Both the position numbers and the translations under genes were made by a program. DNA of 36,658 nucleotides from Candidatus Zixiibacteriota bacterium (GTDB taxonomy: Bacteria; Zixibacteria; MSB-5A5; GN15; PGXB01). Below are positions 25,901-33,076 of the stretch, one piece after another (within the stretch, counting starts at the first letter, position 1; every line of letters begins with the position of its first letter). Under the pieces are notes generated by a model. It was not told the origin of the DNA. It saw only the letters and a program-made list of their open reading frames with translations, and searched no databases. The DNA is taken from assembly GCA_030591405.1 (NCBI GenBank), contig JAUVBC010000001.1:1-36658 (forward strand), given 5' to 3'.

Positions 25901-27091
25901 ATATTATATATTCCCAAGATGTGTGACCATGCCTACGCCGTCAGAGCTGCCTTTGAAAGATGTGGCATGAATGCGGTGGTAATGGATGATCCTGATGAAC
26001 AAAGCTTGTTTTATGGAAAAAAATTTACATCAGGAAAGGAATGCTTCCCCTGCGTTGTTACCACCGGAGATATGATTCGCCAGATAAATTCTAAAGGTTT
26101 TGATCCTGACCGGGCTGTATTTTTTATGCCGGGCGCTAATGGCCCCTGCCGCTTTGGACTATATAGTCAGTTGCATCGAGCTATCCTCGATGAATTGGGA
26201 CACAAGGATATACCAATTTATTCGCCCAATTCCGGGACTTCTTATGGAGATTTTGCTTTAGAGAAAACTGATTTTCGTAGGGTTGCCTGGAAAGGCTCGG
26301 TGTTTGTCGATTGGATTATTAAGGGACTTTTAAAAGTCAGACCATTTGAGATCGAAAAGGGAGAGGCTGAAAAAGTTTATAATAAATACCTGAAAAAGAT
26401 TGAAGATGTTATTGTAAATAATAGTAGCATTCGGAAATTGGCTGAGGAAGCAGGTCAAGCATTTAAAAATATTCCTGTCAAGGAGTCAATAAAACCGATA
26501 ATTGGGCTTGTTGGCGAAATTTACCTGCGTAACAACAGATATTCTAACAATCGTTTAATAGAAAAGCTTGAAGCTCTTGGATGCGAGGTCAGAATAGCTG
26601 TTTTTACCGAGTGGATCAACTATACGACCCTGACCTATCGTCTCGATTCCATTAATTACCGTCGCATAAAAGGGGTGATTGGCTCAATAATTCAGGGATA
26701 TATTCAGCACTGGGATGAACATAAAATTGCTCGGCGTTTTGCCAAAACATTTCCAATCGATGATGAAGTGCCAATTGAAAAGATACTGCGGAATGCCCAA
26801 CCTTATCTGCCGGTCGAAGTCAGGGGTGAGGCAGCCCTTTCGATAGGTAAGGCGATTGATTTTGTCGGCAATGGTGCCACCGGTATTGTTAACTGTATGC
26901 CTTTTAATTGTATGCCGGGAACCATCGTCAGTTCGTTGTCGTCCAAAATCGCCGATGATCTGGGTGGCGTTCCCTGGTTAAATATTAGTTATGAAGGACT
27001 TCAGGATACCGGTGAGGAAACCAAACTGGAAGCTTTTGTTGATCAGGTAAAAAGTAATTTTTATCTTCAAAAAAAAGCAAAAATTATTTAA
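22910..27091 (+). CDS. acyl-CoA dehydratase activase-related fusion protein (2x BcrA/BadF/HgdC-type ATPase + 2x DUF2229-like domains)
   Basis: GTG start. Two tandem ASKHA-fold activase domains: GVDIGSVSVK...EMGGEDSKYI...CAAGTGSFLDQQA...CSVFAKSDM, and GLDVGSLSTN...EIGGQDSKYI...CAAGTGSFLQEQA...CTVFMESDL. A CEDCDNHC..(x20)..C linker follows. The C-terminal half resembles the 'CoA enzyme activase uncharacterised domain' (GFPRILHFFEHYPFWKAIFESLGFKVV). Confidence 0.85.
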   Translation: MDNYSIGVDIGSVSVKVAVLDNHQNIIKTEYRRYHGRPFQILKELLDNSFKDYLSEAVFIGFTGIGGRVGAEILGGLSFGEIACIASANYVLLPNVQSIIEMGGEDSKYIQLDPEKKVVVDFSMNNLCAAGTGSFLDQQAGRLKISIDKEFGQMALKSKNPPRIAGRCSVFAKSDMIHLQQIATPDFEIVAGLCYAVARNFKSSIARGKKFIPPVAFEGGVAANPGVIRAFKDILEIDENDLIIPKYFNVIGAIGAAMQAQTHADNKLVNINSEKITGYLNYRNLPEAGLNKLSFDYPDSKYYSVTKTETNKEKKNIEVYLGLDVGSLSTNLVLIDKDKKVIARRYLMTEGRPIEAVRRGLGEIGDEIGEMVKVLGVGTTGSGRYLTGDFVGADIVKNEITAQATAAIEIDPNVDTIFEIGGQDSKYISLQNKTVIDFEMNKACAAGTGSFLQEQAEKLEINIEKEFGDRALSAECPVGCGERCTVFMESDLVSHQRRGAKTDDIIAGLAYSIVSNYLTKVVGDRKIGDNIFFQGGVAWNRGVVAAFEKMIGKKVTVPPHHDITGAIGTALLAMEADTGGATNFRGFDLSKREYSVSSFTCEDCDNHCEIRKVELENEEPLYYGSRCEKYDIKEKSEANETIDYFQLRQQYLLKRYIDVDSKTLTRGRVGFPRILHFFEHYPFWKAIFESLGFKVVNSDISNQEIVESALERFSAETCFPIKLAYGHIQNLIEKKVDYIFLPSLTRFTEGDSPEEGSSICLYVQSISSSIQARFNFEKTGIKFIGDPIHLQQNSKLMHKQMRQLAKELHVSDNKMKTAIDKGFKAYSLFTDNLLRTGKEFLKNLQPDEKCLVVVSRPYNGFDRRLSLEIPKKIRKMGIKVIHIDFLSLDIHNDDLASMYWLYGRKILSSANIIRNHPNLYAVFLTSFGCGPDSFITHFFRKSMSGKPYLQLELDEHSADAGMITRLEAFWDSLRHYEYKEPITEYSPAKQRFNADNKILYIPKMCDHAYAVRAAFERCGMNAVVMDDPDEQSLFYGKKFTSGKECFPCVVTTGDMIRQINSKGFDPDRAVFFMPGANGPCRFGLYSQLHRAILDELGHKDIPIYSPNSGTSYGDFALEKTDFRRVAWKGSVFVDWIIKGLLKVRPFEIEKGEAEKVYNKYLKKIEDVIVNNSSIRKLAEEAGQAFKNIPVKESIKPIIGLVGEIYLRNNRYSNNRLIEKLEALGCEVRIAVFTEWINYTTLTYRLDSINYRRIKGVIGSIIQGYIQHWDEHKIARRFAKTFPIDDEVPIEKILRNAQPYLPVEVRGEAALSIGKAIDFVGNGATGIVNCMPFNCMPGTIVSSLSSKIADDLGGVPWLNISYEGLQDTGEETKLEAFVDQVKSNFYLQKKAKII

Positions 27092-27196
27092 TATATAGGT
27101 GAATGATAAAAACTTATACAAACAGGCGGGAACATTTCTTAATTAGTCTTTGTTTAAACTGGCAAATAGTTTATTAACAAGCTTAGGAGACATACT

Positions 27197-27520
27197 ATGA
27201 GTAAGCCGATCGAAGTAACAGACGATAGTTTTGAACAGGAAGTTTTAAAATCAGAAACACCGGTGGTGGTCGATTTCTGGGCGCCCTGGTGTGGCCCGTG
27301 CAAAATGATTGCCCCGATTTTGGAAGAGATCGCCGAAGAATACGATGGTAAGATAAAAATTGCCAAAGTTGACGTTGACACTCATTCAAAGATTGCCGGA
27401 CAGTATAAAGTGATGTCTATCCCGGCGCTGTTCTTTTTCAAGAATGGCGAGTTGGTGGATCAGGTAATTGGAGCTTTACCAAAAGCGCAATTAGTAGATA
27501 AAGTATCAAAAATACTATAG
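27197..27520 (+). CDS. trxA: thioredoxin
   Basis: AGGAGA RBS 6 nt upstream. VVVDFWAPWCGPCKMIAPILEE is the canonical WCGPC active site. 107 aa. Confidence 0.95.
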   Translation: MSKPIEVTDDSFEQEVLKSETPVVVDFWAPWCGPCKMIAPILEEIAEEYDGKIKIAKVDVDTHSKIAGQYKVMSIPALFFFKNGELVDQVIGALPKAQLVDKVSKIL

Positions 27521-27536
27521 GTTTTGTTCCTCATAG

Positions 27537-27574
27537 CTGCCGCTGATCTGATGAATTAGCGGCAGTGTTTTTTT
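27537..27574 (+). terminator. rho-independent terminator after trxA
   Basis: CTGCCGCT (27537..27544) pairs with AGCGGCAG (27558..27565), followed by a T7 run (27568..27574). Confidence 0.7.
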
Positions 27575-27613
27575 GAGGAAAACCTTTTGATAAAATGAAC
27601 AAAGGATATTCTT

Positions 27614-27769
27614 ATGGATTTAAATGACATATTAATGCTCGGGCTGTTTTTAGGGATATGGCTTTTCCTTACCAGAGTGATTTTTCCCAAAATCGGTATA
27701 AGCACCTGAGGTGTTGATAGCTGCCAATCTCCGTCGGAGATTGATAAGGACAAAAATTCAATTAAATAA
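27614..27769 (+). CDS. candidate small membrane (seleno)protein; 31 codons to an in-frame TGA, 51 codons if the UGA is read as Sec
   Basis: Not in the ORF track. AAGGA lies 7 nt before ATG 27614. The product is MDLNDILMLGLFLGIWLFLTRVIFPKIGIST-[TGA 27707..27709]-GVDSCQSPSEIDKDKNSIK-TAA (27767..27769): one TM helix followed by U-x4-C. A hairpin sits downstream of the UGA. Speculative. Confidence 0.3.
27725..27743 (+). promoter_or_regulatory. SECIS-like hairpin (alternatively a plain structural hairpin)
   Basis: CAATCTCC (27725..27732), loop GTC, then GGAGATTG (27736..27743): a perfect 8-bp stem. The loop G/U lie 27-28 nt from the U of the in-frame TGA. No T-run on either strand, so it is not an obvious terminator. 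Confidence 0.3.
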
Positions 27770-27831
27770 TGTGAATAGTTTGGATCTATTTATTGTATAA
27801 AATCTGAACAGATGTGATGGAGCCATAGGTA

Positions 27832-28707
27832 TTGATTTTGGTGTTTAGCAGACCGAGTCAAATGCCGATAGATAGATTAATGAGGTATTATCAAAATCAG
27901 CAAAGCGGAACCGGAAGGATGGGCGGTTTTCAGATTGGACCCGGCTCACTCAGTCCGGTAATAAAATACCTGCTTATTGTCAATGGGATATTCTTTGTTA
28001 TTCAGGGTTTATCATCGTTTGAATTAACCAGATATTTGGGACTAACTCCGGCACTGTTTTTCAGTGAATTTCCGAATTTACTGTTTCAGCCTGTTACCTA
28101 TATGTTTCTGCATGGAGGATTCTTTCATCTCCTGTTTAATATGTTTGCTCTCTGGATGTTTGGAACAGAAATAGAAAACAGTTGGGGCAGCAATAAATTT
28201 TTCAGATATTATATGTACTGCGGATTAGGCGGCGCTATTTTGTCTTTGATGTTCAATTATAATATGACTTCGCCTATCGTTGGTGCATCTGGTGCGATCT
28301 ATGGAATTCTGGCCGCTTATTGGCTGATGTTTCCGGATAGATATCTTTTAATATTTTTTGTTTTCCCGATGAAGGTCCGTTGGGCAATTCCATTGTTTGG
28401 ATTAATAAACTTTGTCGCGGCCGGTCCAAATGTGGCCCATCTGGCTCATCTCGGTGGTGCCCTTGTTGGATTTATTTATTTGAAATCAGACTGGCGGTGG
28501 AGCGGTCTGGGAAATAGATTTAAAAACTTGCGCTATAAACAAAAAAGCGCTAAACTTGAAAAAAATAGGCATAAAGCTGAAGAGGTTATGCAAAAGGTTG
28601 ATCGGATTCTGGATAAGATAAATGAAGTTGGTTTTGAAAAAATCTCCAAAGAAGATCGGAAGTTTCTGGAAGAGGCGAGTGAGATTTTATCAAAGAAAGA
28701 CAAATAA
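27832..28707 (+). CDS. rhomboid family intramembrane serine protease with a C-terminal coiled-coil tail
   Basis: Multi-TM core with HGGFFHLLFNMFALWMFG, a catalytic GASGAIYG and HLAHLGGALVGFIY. The start is uncertain: TTG 27832 has GGAG 9 nt upstream, and ATG 27862 is an alternative. Confidence 0.85.
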   Translation: MILVFSRPSQMPIDRLMRYYQNQQSGTGRMGGFQIGPGSLSPVIKYLLIVNGIFFVIQGLSSFELTRYLGLTPALFFSEFPNLLFQPVTYMFLHGGFFHLLFNMFALWMFGTEIENSWGSNKFFRYYMYCGLGGAILSLMFNYNMTSPIVGASGAIYGILAAYWLMFPDRYLLIFFVFPMKVRWAIPLFGLINFVAAGPNVAHLAHLGGALVGFIYLKSDWRWSGLGNRFKNLRYKQKSAKLEKNRHKAEEVMQKVDRILDKINEVGFEKISKEDRKFLEEASEILSKKDK

Positions 28708-28724
28708 AGTAAGGTAGTCATCCT

Positions 28725-29930
28725 ATGCGAAAGAAAATTCTTATTGCCGAAAAATCAGATGCTATCAGGAATATTGCCGAATCTTTGTTACATCAGCATG
28801 GCTATGACGTTATCTCATCGGCAACTGCCGACAAAGCCAAAGAATTGATCATTACCTCTGAACCAAATATGGTGATTGTTGACTCGGGCTTGAAAGATCA
28901 GAACGGTGCCTATTTATATGATTTGTTGGAAGAATCGGAACAGACCGCCTCAATTCCGCTTTTGATTATTACTGATTCTAATAGTTCTGATTTATCATAT
29001 CCACCTGAGGTTCTTCTTACCAGGCCTTTTGAAACTGATGACTTACTTGAAAAAGTTAAATTATTTATTGGCTCGGGGAATGAGCAAAAACCAGCGGAAA
29101 CGATCGATGAGGTGGATCCTTTTTCGGTTGGCAATATAGATGATGATTTTCTTGATGCCGCGCTTGGTATTGATGAGATTGATGTTGAATCATCGGAAGT
29201 GATGGATCAAACAACTATTACTGAACGGGCCAGACAAAAACGAAAGACCAATGATACTACTGATATTGGTATTGGTCATAAGAGTGAATCTGAAAATGAT
29301 CACAATGATTCCGGTAAGGTTGAATCGTTACTAATCAGGGAAGATGGTTCAGAGCAAAGAGTACCGGAAAAAGAAGAATTACCCGACCTTTCGGCTTCAT
29401 CAAAAATAGAGATCACAACAAATCAGTTTGGTGACGATGATCCAAAACCTCCGGCTGCATCCGAAAAGCCAGATAGCAAAAAACCGGGTGATCATGATTA
29501 TGACTGGTTTATCAATGAAATGAAAAAAGATACCAGCGGAATAAAATTTGATAAGACAAGTAGTGATACCGGCTCTCAAAAAATTCAGACAACTGATTCA
29601 TCTGAAGGTTTGAATCCAATCATGCCGCAGAAAGATAAAGAACTATCTGCCGAACCAGAGATAAAGGCTGGCGGTGTTGATAAGTTTATATCGGAATTCA
29701 AACAAGAGATGAAGCAATTATCTCCTGACTCTGCTAAACCACAGAGTTTTTCGAAGTCTGATAAAACAAATACTGGGGCAGAGATAGAGCTGGAAATCAA
29801 TCAATTGACCGATTTCATTGCCCAGAAAATTGTCGATCAACTTATGTCAAAAATCAGCAAAGAAGATATAAGCAGATTAATCAAGGAATACCTGCCGCAG
29901 CTTAAAGGCGCCAAAAACAGTCAAGAATAA
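28725..29930 (+). CDS. atypical receiver (REC) domain protein with a long acidic low-complexity C-terminal region
   Basis: The N-terminal ~115 aa align by eye to CheY-like receivers (KILIAEKSD...MVIVDSGL...LLIITD...TRPF). The remaining ~285 aa are D/E/S/K-rich with no recognisable output domain. Confidence 0.7.
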   Translation: MRKKILIAEKSDAIRNIAESLLHQHGYDVISSATADKAKELIITSEPNMVIVDSGLKDQNGAYLYDLLEESEQTASIPLLIITDSNSSDLSYPPEVLLTRPFETDDLLEKVKLFIGSGNEQKPAETIDEVDPFSVGNIDDDFLDAALGIDEIDVESSEVMDQTTITERARQKRKTNDTTDIGIGHKSESENDHNDSGKVESLLIREDGSEQRVPEKEELPDLSASSKIEITTNQFGDDDPKPPAASEKPDSKKPGDHDYDWFINEMKKDTSGIKFDKTSSDTGSQKIQTTDSSEGLNPIMPQKDKELSAEPEIKAGGVDKFISEFKQEMKQLSPDSAKPQSFSKSDKTNTGAEIELEINQLTDFIAQKIVDQLMSKISKEDISRLIKEYLPQLKGAKNSQE

Positions 29931-29994
29931 ATGGGTGGCGCGGGAACAATTTTATCATTATAATGTTCAATTATAAAACTTTGCAGGAGTAATT

Positions 29995-30732
29995 GTGTTT
30001 GAAAGCAGCGTAAGTTATTTGGGAGCATTTTTGGCGGGTGGTCTTTCATTTGTATCACCATGTGTATTACCTCTGATTCCAGGTTATATTTCTTTTATAT
30101 CCGGTGTCTCGCTTGAGGAGTTGACCGACAAAGAAAAAGCTCAAAAACATCTTTCAAAAGTTCTCTGGAATACAATATTTTTTGTAATTGGTTTCTCGCT
30201 TGTCTTTATTGCGCTGGGAGCATCGGCTTCGTTTATAGGTCAATGGTTATTAAATAATCTGAAAATATTCAATTATGTCGGCGGCGCATTAATATTTCTT
30301 TTTGGAATTCATGTCACCGGTTTAATTCGTATTAAAGCACTTAATTATGAAAAAAGATTTCATTCCGGTCAGAAGAAATTTGGCCTTTTGGGATCAGTTG
30401 TTATCGGGATGGCTTTTGCTTTTGGATGGACACCTTGTATTGGTCCTATTCTCGGTTCGATTCTAACTCTGGCTGCAAATCAGAATACGGTTGGTGAAGG
30501 AATCCTCCTTTTAGTATTTTATTCGGCTGGACTGGGAATACCATTCATATTAACGGCTTTATTATTTAATTTCCTGATAGGCTTTTTTGGTTTTGTCAAA
30601 CGTCATTTCAGAGCGGTTGAGCTGATGTCCGGCGGATTGCTAATGCTGATTGGCGTTCTGGTTTTCTTTAACCTGCTTGGTCCTATTGCCAATTATCTTC
30701 TGGAACTGTTCCCATCTCTCAACGTCGGGTAA
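29995..30732 (+). CDS. ccdA: cytochrome c biogenesis / thiol-disulfide transporter CcdA (DsbD transmembrane family)
   Basis: GTG start with a CAGGAG RBS. SPCVLPLIPGYISFISG and GWTPCIGPILGSIL are the two conserved Cys-containing TM motifs of CcdA/DsbD. Confidence 0.9.
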   Translation: MFESSVSYLGAFLAGGLSFVSPCVLPLIPGYISFISGVSLEELTDKEKAQKHLSKVLWNTIFFVIGFSLVFIALGASASFIGQWLLNNLKIFNYVGGALIFLFGIHVTGLIRIKALNYEKRFHSGQKKFGLLGSVVIGMAFAFGWTPCIGPILGSILTLAANQNTVGEGILLLVFYSAGLGIPFILTALLFNFLIGFFGFVKRHFRAVELMSGGLLMLIGVLVFFNLLGPIANYLLELFPSLNVG

Positions 30733-30799
30733 GAAGTTATAGTTTAATCATTAGATTTTGTATCTAAAAAGAAAACTGTTTTTTTAAAAAATATGCCCT

Positions 30800-30829
30800 G
30801 GCCACTTGACCGCTCGAGTGGCCTTTCTT
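30800..30829 (+). terminator. possible terminator after ccdA
   Basis: GGCCACT (30800..30806) pairs with AGTGGCC (30817..30823) around a 10-nt loop, followed by TTTCTT. Weak T-tract. Confidence 0.35.
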
Positions 30830-30874
30830 ATATTAGTCCAAAGTTAAGAATATAATTCGGCGGCAACATAGATT

Positions 30875-31636
30875 ATGTCCGAAAAACAAAATAATAAGAA
30901 AAACGATACAGTTCTGGCTCTTTGTATTCAGGAGATATCTGAGGATGGTTCGGAACTAAATATCGGCGATAATTTCAGCATCGAAGATGTCAGATATTTG
31001 CATCAGGCATTTGTGGCCGATACGCTCGTCAATATACTGGGAATAAAATCAACTGATGTTCATCTTTTTTATGGTGACTTTCCGGGGACTAAAAAATCCG
31101 TAACTACTATACTTGATTATCTCCGCACCAAACTTAAGGGAAAAAAATCAAGCAATTTGATCAATGAATTAAAAATCACTTCTCTACCCGCCGAACGGTG
31201 GGGAGTTAAGATGGAGAGAGTCTTTAAAAAGTGTTTTGACGATGGCTACAAACATGTTCTTTTAATTGGCAGTAGAACTCCAACTTTAAAAGAAAGTTCG
31301 ATCAAGACTGCATTAAAGCTTCTTCAGAAATCTGACGCAGCTTTTGGCCCGACGGTTGAAGGGCGGTACTATCTAATTGGATTATCCGGCGGATATCATG
31401 TTGAACTGTCGGCCCATGACTGGCGCTCACCCAATATATATTCTGAGGTTGTCGGATGTTTCCGCGAACAAGGATTAACCTGGTCGGAACTTGAGTTATG
31501 GTATGCGGTGGAACATCCCGAAGATCTCGAATATCTTATCCGCGATATCAATCAATACCGTTTGGAAGGTGATGAAATTTCTGCCCGGGAAACTGAAATG
31601 GTTTTGCAAAGAGTAGCCGAAAGGCAGCCGGATTGA
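30875..31636 (+). CDS. DUF2064 family (GT-A/nucleotidyltransferase-like) protein
   Basis: KHVLLIGSRTPTL...SDAAFGPTVEGRYYLIGL...HDWRSPNIYSEV...WYAVEHPEDLEYL. This resembles the DUF2064/TIGR04282 pattern (GPa.DGGYyLiGl; dW.t..v). Confidence 0.65.
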   Translation: MSEKQNNKKNDTVLALCIQEISEDGSELNIGDNFSIEDVRYLHQAFVADTLVNILGIKSTDVHLFYGDFPGTKKSVTTILDYLRTKLKGKKSSNLINELKITSLPAERWGVKMERVFKKCFDDGYKHVLLIGSRTPTLKESSIKTALKLLQKSDAAFGPTVEGRYYLIGLSGGYHVELSAHDWRSPNIYSEVVGCFREQGLTWSELELWYAVEHPEDLEYLIRDINQYRLEGDEISARETEMVLQRVAERQPD

Positions 31637-32364
31637 AACAGAGGCAATTACAACGTCTGACGACGAAAGATATTCAACAAATCATTCCTGATAAAATCGA
31701 TACGATTTTACTTCCGGTCGGGACCGTCGAGGCGCATGGTGCAGCAGCATTGGGAACCGATAATATTATACCGGAATCACTGGCCGAATATCTGGCCGAT
31801 AAAATCAATGCTTTGATTGCACCAACTGTTAATTATGGAATTACCAAATCGCTTTATGGCCATCCCGGTTCAATCACTGTTGAGTCCGATAGTTTTATTA
31901 ACTATATGTTTGATATCCTAAAATCATTCAGTGATAATAAATTTGCTAAAGTAATTGTTCTCAATGGTCATGGTGGCAATGATAAAGCTCTTGGCGAAAT
32001 CGCTATAAGATTTCACAGACAGACTCTTACCAAAATAGCGGTAATTAATTGGTGGGATATTTGTGCCGAAATGACTCAGGAGTTTTTTGGCGAGCATGGG
32101 GGACATGGTGCGCAAGATGAGGCCTCAATGGTCCAGGCGGTGGACGAGTCGTTGGTGAATAAATCATTATATGATGATGATATGGCATATTTTTATCAAC
32201 CGGGTGCAAAGATATATCCGATTCCCGGTTCGATATTATTATACAAAGAGAATGAGGGCATCCCGGATTACGATGCCGCCAAGGCGAAACAGTATCAGGC
32301 GAAAGTATTTGCCAAAATGGAAGAATTTCTTAAGCTGATATTAAATCGCTGGGAAAAGATATAA
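31633..32364 (+). CDS. creatininase-family amidohydrolase
   Basis: ILLPVGTVEAHGAAALGTDNIIPE...VIVLNGHGGN...GGHGAQDEASMV. TTG start overlaps the upstream TGA (TTGA), implying translational coupling. Confidence 0.8.
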   Translation: MKQRQLQRLTTKDIQQIIPDKIDTILLPVGTVEAHGAAALGTDNIIPESLAEYLADKINALIAPTVNYGITKSLYGHPGSITVESDSFINYMFDILKSFSDNKFAKVIVLNGHGGNDKALGEIAIRFHRQTLTKIAVINWWDICAEMTQEFFGEHGGHGAQDEASMVQAVDESLVNKSLYDDDMAYFYQPGAKIYPIPGSILLYKENEGIPDYDAAKAKQYQAKVFAKMEEFLKLILNRWEKI

Positions 32365-32396
32365 AATATTTTTCTGATTCCGAAGTAAAATATCCA

Positions 32397-33059
32397 TTAC
32401 AATCTAAATGATAATCCGGCATGTATAGCTAAAGTGTTCATTATGAGATCATCGCTTGCAGTTAAAGAAACTACACTTCCGGGTTCCGTTAGAATAGCTG
32501 AGGCCTTAGAACTTAATAAAATATATTTCAGTTCAATGTAAGTCAGTATTTTGGGGGAAATTGGATATTTAAAGCCAGCGCGAAAATTTAGTCCGGGCTT
32601 ATTTTCAACTTCTTCATCACTTTAATAACCTTCGAGAAATAAATAATTCTTCACAAATGTACTCATATTATGATTTATTATATAATAACCTAGGCCAATG
32701 CCTATGTAGTGTTCGAGTTTGCCGCTGGTTATTCTATATAGAATTGATTCTTCGACGCTAATTAATGAATAGCTACCTTCAGTTAAAAAATTTGTTTTTG
32801 TCTTTGAAAAAAGACCGCCAACTGAGAGTTTTAATATGATTGATGGGTGGAAAGTATAATCATAATGAACGTCGATGCCAAAAGCTTTCTTAACATTGTC
32901 ATTCGGTGATGATAATACGGGTCCAATACCAATTTCATGAAGAGCTATTTCTGCTGTGCTAAGATTGAATAAGAAGAAGGTTAAAGAAATAACTATAAAA
33001 CCGAGATTTTTAAAGTTTCTAGAGTGGTTCATATACCCATAACCTATGAAATGATACAA
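32397..33059 (-). pseudogene. outer-membrane beta-barrel paralog interrupted by one in-frame TAA (145 codons + TAA + 74 codons)
   Basis: The ORF 32622..33059 ends at TAA (32622..32624). The same frame then continues open for 74 codons: SDEEVENKPGLNFRAGFKYPISPKILTYIELKY...LAIHAGLSFRL, with a stop at 32397..32399. The total of 663 nt equals the neighbouring paralog, and the C-termini match (EIHAGLSFRL). Confidence 0.65.
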
Positions 33060-33076
33060 AATTGTTAATAGTTAAA

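Noticed and set aside
27154-27389. Two minus-strand ORFs (75 and 64 aa) overlapping trxA.
   Set aside because: They are antisense to an unambiguous thioredoxin gene with a canonical WCGPC motif.
27556-27753. 65-aa minus-strand ORF between trxA and the rhomboid gene.
   Set aside because: It has no RBS, begins inside the hairpin region and runs into the trxA terminator. The plus-strand small ORF with an RBS and a TM helix explains the region better, though that ORF is itself only a hypothesis.
32622-32624. The in-frame TAA in the barrel paralog as evidence of stop-codon reassignment.
   Set aside because: TAA terminates several well-defined genes in this window (ftsY, the activase fusion, the rhomboid) at the lengths expected for their families. 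A global TAA reassignment is therefore not supported.
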